Source of the DNA: Schizochytrium sp. TIO01
Lineage: Eukaryota; Protista; Bigyra: Labyrinthulomycetes
Length of the DNA: 64,000 nucleotides
Reading direction: 5' to 3'
Assembly (NCBI GenBank): GCA_004764695.1
Contig: SMSO01000014.1
Span: 2,971,648 to 3,035,647 of the forward strand
The notes beneath the pieces were generated by a model that was given only the letters and a program-made list of their open reading frames with translations, ran no database searches and was not told the origin of the DNA. Positions 36,799 through 46,634 of this stretch are shown one piece after another. The translations under genes were made by a program, and so were the position numbers. Numbering within the stretch: position 1 is the first letter of the stretch; each line of letters begins with the position of its first letter.

Positions 36799-38730
36799 CT
36801 ATTCGTTTCCTGGGCCTGATGAATCGAACAAGTTGTTCGTTATAACACGCTGGTTAAATACACGAAAAACTCTTTCTGAGCAAACAGGCCCAAGTCGTCT
36901 TGACGTCTTAGAAATGATAACATCTTGAAGATGTCGAGCTTGCTGTTCCTCAGGTATTCCTCGCAGTTGATTTTGGTAGAGACGACACAGAGTTCGAGGA
37001 GTCGCAAATTGCTTTGTGAGGGCCTCTGCCATGGCTCCGCTTATGCCTTTTATTTGTTTTAATTGTGCTGCAAATATCTCTCCTACGGTTCGTAGTTTGC
37101 CTTTAGCATTTGCCAAGGAGAATGCTTCGTAGGTGCGGCCGTGATTTATGGTGGATCTCAACCATTCATCACAACTTGCATTTACAGTCAGGTCTGCAAT
37201 TATGTAGTGCATCCGAACAATGAAATCTAAAGAATCCCGAAAGCTTTCAGTATGGACGAGGGTGATTCCGTCTCGAATTTGAGTCCTTGCCATGGCAGTC
37301 CGTAATGCCAGAGGTTTGATACTTGTTTGTTGAGAAGGATCTCCTTCTACAAGATAGATGACTCTCTTCAAGCCGCATCGCTGTAGGCGATACTTTTGTT
37401 CTTTGTACCTGTTGTCCTTGATCGAACTAGCTAAGTCAGCGACCTCCTTTCTTTCAATGATGTAATCAAGGACGTACTCTTTTTTATTTTCCAACCGACT
37501 TCGTACAATCCACATAAAATCTCCTAAAGACAGCGATCGGGTTTCAACATTTGGCACTTGCTCGAGGAGTTTGCTATGAACAACAGAGCGATCTCGTTTT
37601 TTATTTTCTCGAGAGTCTACCAGGAGGATCAGCTCCCACTCTGGATGCTGACCAACCCCCCTCCCAAACGTTTTCTTGATACCTGATAGCGGCTTTGGTT
37701 TTAACGTTTGAAGACAAATCGGCGACTGTGCAAAGGATTGCGAGTTCTCCTTATATACATTATTCGCGAGTTCGCCGCTAAAGTTCATTTGAGAAGAAAC
37801 CATCGGTTTAAGTCCAGAAGACGAAGAGGAAGATTTTGTGTGAGCTTTCGTTGCCAACAGGGAGCAACTGTCCTCAATGATTTCAATTTCATCATCGTCT
37901 TCTTCAGCTTTGTCTGTTTCTTTCTCCGCAATCGCAGAACCACCATACTCATACGTTAGGCTTGATGTTTTGGGTGGAGAATCTTCCAAAACTGATGCTC
38001 CAGGCAATACCGATTGAAATGGAGGTTTACTCTGGGCTCCATGTTCGACAAGCTTTTGTTTGTGTATATCTCGTGCGAAAGAATAGCCCTGATCAGTAAG
38101 CTGTATGAATTCTACGCTAGTTTCTGGGCTCTGAAATCGTTGCAGATAGCCTTCATTTTCTAGTCTTTTACAGTACTCAAATACGCGTTCTGTGCTTGGC
38201 ACTGTCAGATTCCGCTCACGGCGAAAAGTTTGCACATTTGTAGCTACTATGTCATAGGCCAAAGATTCCCTTCCTGTTCCGGCAGAATAAATACCCAAAA
38301 TCGTCGCGTAACCTAGCGTGCCACTGCTCAACGGTACCTTGCTTCTACGACGTTTTGGGCTTTGACCAATATGAATGCCGCCGTCGTCACAGGAATTGGC
38401 ATTCGAGCTAGGTTTGCGCTTGACAGGATTCCCACTTAGATTCGACTCGCCTGGAGTGGCTTGAGAAGCAGTCACATTTAGATGCGAAACCCGCAGATGT
38501 TCACATCGTGCTCGGTATAGCATTCCAGCGGACACTGTGCCTATACCGTGCACTCTGCGAAGGTCATCCTCTGTTCGTAGCTCTTCTGGGAAATTAGCAA
38601 GTGACCGTCGAGCGTAGCGAAGGCGGAGCGCTCTCTTCGAGCTCTTGTCCCTCAACTCCTCCTTGAAAATCTCACGCGAAAGCCAATCAACGAGACATTG
38701 ATTAGCCTCCACGAGCGCTCGTTTCCCCAT
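36799..38730 (-). CDS. MUS81: Crossover junction endonuclease MUS81
   Basis: N-terminal HhH (RVHGIGTVSA), a winged-helix-like segment, ERCC4 nuclease LLVDSRE...LGDFMW...IERKEVADLASSIKDNRYKEQKYRL...IYLVEG and C-terminal HhH (QIKGISGAMA). First ATG is at 38730. Confidence 0.92.
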   Translation of the reverse strand: MGKRALVEANQCLVDWLSREIFKEELRDKSSKRALRLRYARRSLANFPEELRTEDDLRRVHGIGTVSAGMLYRARCEHLRVSHLNVTASQATPGESNLSGNPVKRKPSSNANSCDDGGIHIGQSPKRRRSKVPLSSGTLGYATILGIYSAGTGRESLAYDIVATNVQTFRRERNLTVPSTERVFEYCKRLENEGYLQRFQSPETSVEFIQLTDQGYSFARDIHKQKLVEHGAQSKPPFQSVLPGASVLEDSPPKTSSLTYEYGGSAIAEKETDKAEEDDDEIEIIEDSCSLLATKAHTKSSSSSSGLKPMVSSQMNFSGELANNVYKENSQSFAQSPICLQTLKPKPLSGIKKTFGRGVGQHPEWELILLVDSRENKKRDRSVVHSKLLEQVPNVETRSLSLGDFMWIVRSRLENKKEYVLDYIIERKEVADLASSIKDNRYKEQKYRLQRCGLKRVIYLVEGDPSQQTSIKPLALRTAMARTQIRDGITLVHTESFRDSLDFIVRMHYIIADLTVNASCDEWLRSTINHGRTYEAFSLANAKGKLRTVGEIFAAQLKQIKGISGAMAEALTKQFATPRTLCRLYQNQLRGIPEEQQARHLQDVIISKTSRRLGPVCSERVFRVFNQRVITNNLFDSSGPGNE

Positions 38731-40048
38731 CCCTCTACAGAAGCAAAGCTTCGGAGGCTGCAAATATCCTTTTCCTGCAAGTTATCGCAAAGCTAAATTG
38801 TCTACCACTCATAAGAACTTGAGGCCCAACATAAATTGGCGCTCCTGCAACGTGAAAACACCTTCTCCTGTGCTCTCGATGGGCTTTCTGCTGCTCTCAA
38901 TTGAGTTTTGGTTGTAAGGGTAGTACTATCCTACCAATGTACATAGGGAGGGTAAATAAGCATGATTGACTACTTGCTACCTACGTAATACTAGCAAGTG
39001 TCTCAAAATAATTATAATGCAGTAAACATAAAAATACTCGGCAGAGGGTTCCTCATGGCAACCTACATTTAAAAAGAGAATGGAATTGAGGGTAAAATAA
39101 GAATCAAGCTTAATACTTGATCCACATTCTAATATATGATATTGGCAATAAAAACTTAAATACACACCATATTTTAATTTCAAAAATAAGAAAAAGACGT
39201 CAACTGTAGTAGGCTTATTCGACTGCAAGTGGTTGATTTACAATATTGGCGTCATGCCGTACTTTTGTAAAAATTAAGGAAGAAAATAAAGATTAAGTTC
39301 TACGCAATTAAAAGATTGAGAGTCAGCTTGTCATTACTCGTCTTGATTTATATTAACACTTCTTTCATATTTGCTTTTCTCTCAAGACCAAGATACCATA
39401 CTTAGTAAAGGCAACTAGTAGAAGAAATGATATATATATATATATATATATAATTATCGCCAACGGTTCAATGTTGCTGGACTACATATCCTCTTTGAAA
39501 AACTCTATCTCACGATTGATGAGAACAGGTATTGGGAATTATTCAATTTTCTAGTTTGCCTGTGTCGATGTGTTCTTAGGGGTAAGCAATAACAGAACCT
39601 ATAATATTCGATCCGTCCTTGAAACCTGCCAAAACTATCGAAGATCTCATTCCTCACGTCTTGAATGCTGGTTTACTTAAGTGTTGATTCCGGTGTTCGA
39701 CAGCGGCCAATTCTCAATACTTCTGGTCCGTATAACCAAAGTATTTTATTTTACTACAACAAAACCCTCAACATTCAATGCGAATTGAGGAGAATTGAGA
39801 TGAATGGACGGCAATATCGAATCAATATACATTTGCCTGCTGCTTTCGATCAGTTCCGTCACTTCTTCCTGATATAATACAACAAAATATTAGACCAACT
39901 CTTTTTCACCTCGTACTAGTGAATGTGAAGAAATCCTTTAATGGTAAGATAACAAGTAAAATTAAAAATCTATCACTCTTGGAATTCCCTGCCAATGTAA
40001 CATAACAATCGTTATCTTCGAACACTGTCTGCGAAATTACCAAATCAA

Positions 40049-43000
40049 CTACGTAAAACTGGTCTGCTGCGCACCTCCAAAATCAGTTTCAGGAGGACGC
40101 ATATGTACGATCTTCACATTAGAGGCAGCCGGAACAGAAGACACATCGTGGGGCGTCAGCAAAATATACTGTCTCATATTACCGGTCCCAGACGCTCGCC
40201 GCGCAGCTTTCTCAATAAGCTCCAATGAAATCTTACGATAATCTTGATCCATATACGCATCAAACTCATCCATCACAAGCCACGGAGTTTGCATTGCCTC
40301 ACCAAGAGCCATCAGAAACGAAAGCGAGGTAAAAGACACCTCACCTTCTGAAAGTTGGCCTACATCTTTAACAGAGGTATCTTGACCTTCATCCTGGCTC
40401 ATATGGGTATTTGCAGTCTTGTTCCAAGTAAAATTCAAAGCTTTCTCCTTGTCGTCGAAATCTACTGTGCCAGAATGGTTTCGGTAAGATAGATTCTGGT
40501 CAAAGACAAAATTGATTCTCTTTTTGAGACATTCCATACGCCGGTCCCTTTCCAAGTTCTGCTTCAACATTCCCGCCCTTTCTAGATCCAACGAAGCACT
40601 CTCGCATTTGATTTTCTCCTCTTCGAGCAGCTTACTATACTTCTGGCAAGTAATCTGCTTCTCCAATTGTAACTTGATTGCATCTAGATCAACACCTTCG
40701 TATTCCATACTGACTCTCTGTTTGTCAGCTTGCAACGATTCCTGGAATGTACGGATGTTTGCATCGGCTTGGTCAGAAGTCAAATCTGCCGGCACATCTT
40801 CTTCAACGCCATCAGTGTACGCTAACGCCATCTTCCGAGCTTGATCATATCTATTTGATTCCTCTCGGTGCTTTTTATCAGCCTCGTTCATTCGTTTTTC
40901 TGTTTCCTCTTTCTTGGATTTGGCGCGTTCCAAAGATGCAACCACATTGATCGAACTTTGCTCGATCTTGTCCAACTCGTTCTGAGCGTTCTGCAGAGCA
41001 ATATCCAACTGTTGGAGCTTCTCTCCCAGAGCATGTTGTTTCTCCTTTACAGGCTGAAGCTCATGTGCAATGGATTCTTCGTCTCTTACAAAGCGCTCTC
41101 GATCCATCTCCAGAGTCGTGATTTCGTTATCGAGATTCTGGATCTGCTGAGAAAGACTCTCCCGCTCAATTTCAACTTCATCATCATTCTTCACTTTTTC
41201 GTCCGTCGACAAAATCTGTTTCTGTAGCTCCTGGATCTCTGTCTCGAGCAACAACTCGCGATGTCGGGTCTCTCTTATCCTTTGTTCAAGTTCTCCGCGC
41301 TTCTGATTCGAGTTTCGTATAGTTGCATCAATTTGTTGTATCTGCTGTGAGAGCTGCCGCATTTCCTTCTCGGTATCTTGTAGATTATTGCGCAGCGAGG
41401 TCTCCAGCTCTCGAGTATCTTCCACAAGCATCGGCGTCTTGTTGCTGCGACCAAAATATGCCTGCTTGTACTCGTTGCCGTTCTTACGCAGCTGATACGT
41501 ATTGGCTTGCATGTCAAGCATGATACTCAAATTCCTGGGCTTGTGACGAAAGGTCACTTCTTCTGCTACCCTGCTCGACTCGCAAAGACCAGTGGATTCG
41601 ATCTTCGCCATATCCACCAACACGTTGAACACGTTGGGGTTGTCGGTCTTGATAATGTCCATCATGCATACAACACTGTCGCTTTGGGGGCGAAACGCAT
41701 TCTTATCAACCCTATGATATCTTTCAGAAGCAAATTTGCGAATCAATACATTCGGCGCAGAGATGTTAGCCTGTCTGCACAGACTCTTGAGTATGGCATA
41801 GTCGTTGTTATCGAACAACACGAGACGATTGATTGCGCTCCTCAAATGAAACTCCACAGGGAAGCGCCACTTCTGATCGCTCAACGAGATGTTGAGACCA
41901 GTATGGACAGGAGCATGCTTGAATCTGGACTTGTTCTGCTCAATAAGATGTAAGACCTTTTGCATCTCACGACCAAAGCATGATGTGCGGTCATGGTTAG
42001 AGCCGCCCCCTCTGAGGTTTGAAAGATTTGCGCGCATGTCATTTGCTTCGCGTTCCTTGCAATCAAGTTGTTCTTGCAGTCTACTCTTGTCGTCTTCGTG
42101 ACTGTGAATATTGACATGTTCTTCAGAGAGCTGGGTAAGTTGAGCTGTGAATACTTCTCGTTGGCTGGATGTCTCGTCTCGCTCCCGGCGTTTCTTGTCC
42201 AACATGCTTCGAAGTTGCTTGGCTTCGTTGTATGCGGTTTCATTCATTCGTTTGGCATCCATGGCTAGCTTCTCACGTTTCTCCTCACAGCTGCTGCGGG
42301 CGTCCTTGTGTGACTCTATAGTTCTCTCTGTAGCAACAGTTCGTCTTTTGGCCTGACGTAAGCGTTCCATGTAAGTTTCCATAGTAAGTTTGATGCGTTT
42401 CATCTCGTCGTCAAGGTCATTCTTCTCGGTTTCGATTTTGGTGACTTGGTCCTGAATGTGAGGAGCGTCTTTTTGTGCGTGTTCGAACTGAGCCTGGAGG
42501 TGTTCTGCCTTTTCTTCGCGTTCTTTGAGCTTGGCTTGCAGCTTTGCGAGCAGTGTGGCAGAGGTTTGGACTTGTTGTCGAATATCCCGAACTTTGATCC
42601 AAGGTTTCTGTCGCATGGCCTTTTTGAGGTCCTCTTCTTGGTTCTCAAGTCGTCGAATGCGACCCAAGCTGTCTTCTAAGAGCTTGCGCTTTTTCTCAAA
42701 GTTTCCCAAGTTAGCAAGACGTTCTTTGAGTGCCTTCTTGCATGATTGATAGTGCAGGAATTGACTCTCAAACCTGCGTTGATCGTCATCAAGATTTGTC
42801 GCACGCATGACGCTCTTATATTTGTCTTTAGGAGTGCCACGCAGAAAAGTCTTGCTGGTTTCCTGGTCAAGAATACAGGATGGGTTGTCGACGTAAATAT
42901 TGAACGAGCGAATCATTCTAGTCACTGTTGCTCTATCTCTGGAGATGACCTTTTTGGTCTTGGCATTCATAATTTTAAACGAAGAAGAGCCTGACACTCT

Positions 43001-43705
43001 AAGGGTTCTCTCTATACGAATTTGTTCGCCATAGGACTTGAACTCGAAGGGAAAAGGTCCGACGTTACAAAGCTCAACAGCGACAGTTGCATCAGAATTG
43101 CTTCCATGACGAATAAGGCTGGAAAGGTTAGCGCCACGACTTGTGTTACGCGCACTCAGGCCGAGACAAATTTGAAGTGCTGCGACAATAGCGGACTTTC
43201 CTGATCCGTTTTGCCCGGTAATGAAGTTGATGCTCTTATTGAAGCTGATTCGGAATCGTCGGTGGCACATGAAGTTAGTGCACTCGATAAGCATGACTTT
43301 GCCACAATCGCCTCGGATCATTTCTGAAGGAAGTGGTACACTGTGGTCGTTCGCATCTCCATCTTCGCTAGAGCTAGATATTGGACTGCCGGGATAATGC
43401 TGAGTATTGCTGTCTTGTGTAGCGTCACTATCTGGTGCCTGTACTGGAAGCTGTTGTGTACCGCGGCGTGTTGCGGTGTTGGGGGTGTTGGAGCCGCTGG
43501 AGTTGGGTTGGTGGTCGGTGCTAGGAGTTTCGAGTCCCCTTTGACAGTGCTCCAGGGGACCCGGAGGAGTTATAGATTCTTCGCGCTTGTGTTTCTTTCT
43601 TTGATGCATTGCATCACAGGGGGGAGACTCGCTCCTATCCCCAGTCGATGGAGGCGAGCATCTGCTCTCGAGTACTTTGCCCTCGTCGCTGAAGTCTGAG
43701 CTCAT
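40049..43705 (-). CDS. SMC6: SMC6 copy B; intact ORF with degenerate ABC signature (LSEGEVSF) and altered Walker B/D-loop region (WLVMDEFDAYMD)
   Basis: Near-identical to copies A and C over most of its length. Walker A is intact. First ATG is at 43705. Confidence 0.9.
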   Translation of the reverse strand: MSSDFSDEGKVLESRCSPPSTGDRSESPPCDAMHQRKKHKREESITPPGPLEHCQRGLETPSTDHQPNSSGSNTPNTATRRGTQQLPVQAPDSDATQDSNTQHYPGSPISSSSEDGDANDHSVPLPSEMIRGDCGKVMLIECTNFMCHRRFRISFNKSINFITGQNGSGKSAIVAALQICLGLSARNTSRGANLSSLIRHGSNSDATVAVELCNVGPFPFEFKSYGEQIRIERTLRVSGSSSFKIMNAKTKKVISRDRATVTRMIRSFNIYVDNPSCILDQETSKTFLRGTPKDKYKSVMRATNLDDDQRRFESQFLHYQSCKKALKERLANLGNFEKKRKLLEDSLGRIRRLENQEEDLKKAMRQKPWIKVRDIRQQVQTSATLLAKLQAKLKEREEKAEHLQAQFEHAQKDAPHIQDQVTKIETEKNDLDDEMKRIKLTMETYMERLRQAKRRTVATERTIESHKDARSSCEEKREKLAMDAKRMNETAYNEAKQLRSMLDKKRRERDETSSQREVFTAQLTQLSEEHVNIHSHEDDKSRLQEQLDCKEREANDMRANLSNLRGGGSNHDRTSCFGREMQKVLHLIEQNKSRFKHAPVHTGLNISLSDQKWRFPVEFHLRSAINRLVLFDNNDYAILKSLCRQANISAPNVLIRKFASERYHRVDKNAFRPQSDSVVCMMDIIKTDNPNVFNVLVDMAKIESTGLCESSRVAEEVTFRHKPRNLSIMLDMQANTYQLRKNGNEYKQAYFGRSNKTPMLVEDTRELETSLRNNLQDTEKEMRQLSQQIQQIDATIRNSNQKRGELEQRIRETRHRELLLETEIQELQKQILSTDEKVKNDDEVEIERESLSQQIQNLDNEITTLEMDRERFVRDEESIAHELQPVKEKQHALGEKLQQLDIALQNAQNELDKIEQSSINVVASLERAKSKKEETEKRMNEADKKHREESNRYDQARKMALAYTDGVEEDVPADLTSDQADANIRTFQESLQADKQRVSMEYEGVDLDAIKLQLEKQITCQKYSKLLEEEKIKCESASLDLERAGMLKQNLERDRRMECLKKRINFVFDQNLSYRNHSGTVDFDDKEKALNFTWNKTANTHMSQDEGQDTSVKDVGQLSEGEVSFTSLSFLMALGEAMQTPWLVMDEFDAYMDQDYRKISLELIEKAARRASGTGNMRQYILLTPHDVSSVPAASNVKIVHMRPPETDFGGAQQTSFT

Positions 43706-44944
43706 GAGGGATCGCGGCGATCTACTGTTCGTCAAGTTTCGTCAGAAAGCAGCACTGGTTGATTCTGGTGCAGTGTTGCTCGGCTTTAGATTGTGTGCGG
43801 GGTTCCGAGGGGCGTGAGACTGGGTGAGGCCGGGTGAGCTGTTGCTTTTGATGCTGGTTTGGATCAAGCTTTCCAATTCAGACACTCGAAGCATCTGCTT
43901 TGTCTATTTGTTAAGTGCACATAGAGACAACTCTAATAGTGATTTTTTAATGTTGAGGAGTTTTTTGAGAGCGCCCCTAATTGTCTGCTTTCTCTGCAAG
44001 GTAAGGAACTTTCATGGGCATATCGAGTCTAATGTAGGTTTTGGGGTACCTGCTCTCTGTAATGCGTATCTGTTTGCTACTGCGTTTACATTACAAAAAG
44101 GAATATTGTTCTGATTGGGCATGATCTGGCATTGGTTGGGTATAAGTTGTAGCACCTCGATGTTCTTTTCCTGGATGAAGAAAATGGGTTGAGCATTCTG
44201 ACAACGTATAATAGATGATGGTAACAACGGAGTACTTTCACAGTATTAAAAGTTGACAGCAGCTTAGGAACTCAGACCCTGGTGTCTTAGAAGGGAGTAA
44301 ACCGAGGTCCAGAGTTGAGTGCCTCTTAGTATGATTATTAGTATTATTTTTAATTGTATTTTGTTGTTGTTGAATAAAATATTTAATAACATTTAATGTT
44401 GAAAAATAAAATAAAAATTGAGATTAAAATATTTAATCTTTTATTTCTATTTCGCAGCAGCATAGTCGTAGAACCTATTTAATTACCCACTATTGCTAGG
44501 TAAAAATACAAAAAACAGAAAGAAACAGTTTAATCACTCTGCAGCTCGTACGGAGAAGCTCATGTTTCGTTGTCATCGCAGCCTAAAGTGTTGATTTTTG
44601 ACGTTCGGTCTTTTTTTGTCGCTTCACTCAAGGCCAACATTAACCACGGCGTCCATACCATGAGAGTCTTTCTTGAAACTAGGAACACTTCAGCTAGATC
44701 CCAGAGTATTACTGTACTAGAAGTCTATGGGTTGGCGGCCCTGATGAACGAGCTGGAGGAGGCGAAGGTAGGTGGCTATTTTGGCTTGACTTTTTACCCA
44801 AGGTAGTTCATTTTAACGCATCAATCTATCCGAGTTACCTCTGACTAGTGAGAGTATAGAAACATGGTGCTTCTTGCCAGTGGTATGCCTAGGTCTTAGC
44901 TATGTCCTTGTACCCATTCCTCCATTTAAAGCTGTCAGCCACGT

Positions 44945-45240
44945 TGGTCCTTCTTCATCATGGTTTCAACATCATGTTGATCAATCAGAAGTGGTATTCA
45001 TTCACAGGAGCTTCAATTAAAGGACACAACCAATCGTTCCGTGATATTCAATAACAAATAAAAATATCATAGTCGAGAGGGGCTCACCTTCTCAAAGCGA
45101 ATATGCTGATCTGCAAATTTGTTTCTGAAAGATATGACGGAAATAAGAGAAAACATTTTCGCAGCCGAGCTACCAATGCTGCATGCATGGTGGGCGTTAT
45201 CGAAAACCGATGATCCAAATCTGGTCGATGAGTTGATAGA
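44945..45240 (+). pseudogene. Decayed, inverted SMC6 hinge-region fragment
   Basis: The + strand reads LHHGFNIMLINQKW..ELQLKDTTNRSVIFNNK*..ANMLICKFVSERYDGNKRKHFR..ACMVGVIE/TDDPNL. This aligns to SMC6 IHTGLNISLSDQKW..EFHLKNAINRLVLFDNND..PNVLIRKFASERYPGVDKNAFR..VCMMDIIKTDNPNV, with a stop and frameshifts. Confidence 0.85.
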
Positions 45241-46634
45241 TTGTACTATGCGCTCTCCCGAAGTTATCTTTGAAAGTTTGCTTATCTAGCAACTTTATCG
45301 TGCTTCTTCTGTAATCGACACTGCCAAGTTTTAACCTTTCTTTGAATATTGCAAAGTTGAAATTAGACTATGATGGCGTCAGCCTCCTCAATTTTTAATC
45401 TCCGAAAGTTCTCACAAAGATGGACTCAACACCTAAGTAGTTAGTTGACTATGGATGGTTCAATTTCAGAGATATAGAATTTGGGATTTCATAGTCCTAG
45501 CATTTGTTCTTATACCCACATTCTTTAATCGCATTGGAATTGACTACCAAGATACTGATAAAAAGAATTAGACATTGGGAGAAAGAAGGGAGACCAACTC
45601 TCTTGGCCAAAAGAATCAAAGAGGTTGGATAGGTTGGCTCCTTCTGCTATTAAATTCAAGATATTTACAAGTTAAAAACTACACAAGCAGAATAATGTGG
45701 TTATTCTTGACCATATCTAACTAATAGATAAAGCAAAATATTTCGCTCACTAAATAGAAAATAGTACAGTTAGTTAATGATTTTGATACTACGTCTAGAT
45801 GTATATTTACGATAGATTTAACACAGTGTTGTTTCGCTTCGAGAGAACGTCTTGCTTTTTATTTTATTTTTTCTTTTTTTCTTTTTATCAATAGTAATTG
45901 CTTTTCCTTCTGAAGGCAAGAATAGCCCACTTTAGCAAAAAGGCGAGTATTGCAATAAATTATTTTTTAGACACTTCGACTATCGCTAACAATGCTAACA
46001 ATTTAGAGCTCTTAGACCACAAAATATTTACTTTAGACTAGAGGACGCGATGGAAAAGGGCCGTACTAAGGTTTATTAAGTTTTCCTGTGTATAGGTAAG
46101 TCTGGACAAAGTTTGTAACATTCAGTCTTCATTAAAAACTTAACTATTCGTAGCCCGGAGATATAAGATGCGTGGTTTCTCATTTCTCGAAGGCTGGTGT
46201 ACTTTAAATATTGATTCGAATCCTCCTCATTCGCCAGTTTTATTTAACTTAATTTAAATGACTAGAAAGAAGATTTTTCATAACCATAAATATCCACCTT
46301 AGAAAATAAAATAAAAATTAGAATAAAGTCAAAATATATTATTCATCTATACGAGGGTTTTGAAACAAATGTATAGCTCCTTGAATTAGTAAAGGACATT
46401 AACCTGTTGAAATAAAGCATCTGCTTTAATCCAGCGTATCTATAAATTTCAAGCCAGCGAAAGTGCAATTCAACCTGTCTCTTCTAACTACCTCATCTCC
46501 AAAAAAGCAAGCAATAATGTGAAAAAAAGAAAAAAAAGTAGCAACAGTTATTCATAACTTCACACATTACACCGACCTAAACATCAAGGTTTTTTCGCAG
46601 ATCAGTTGAATTTTTGCTAATATAACCTAATCAA

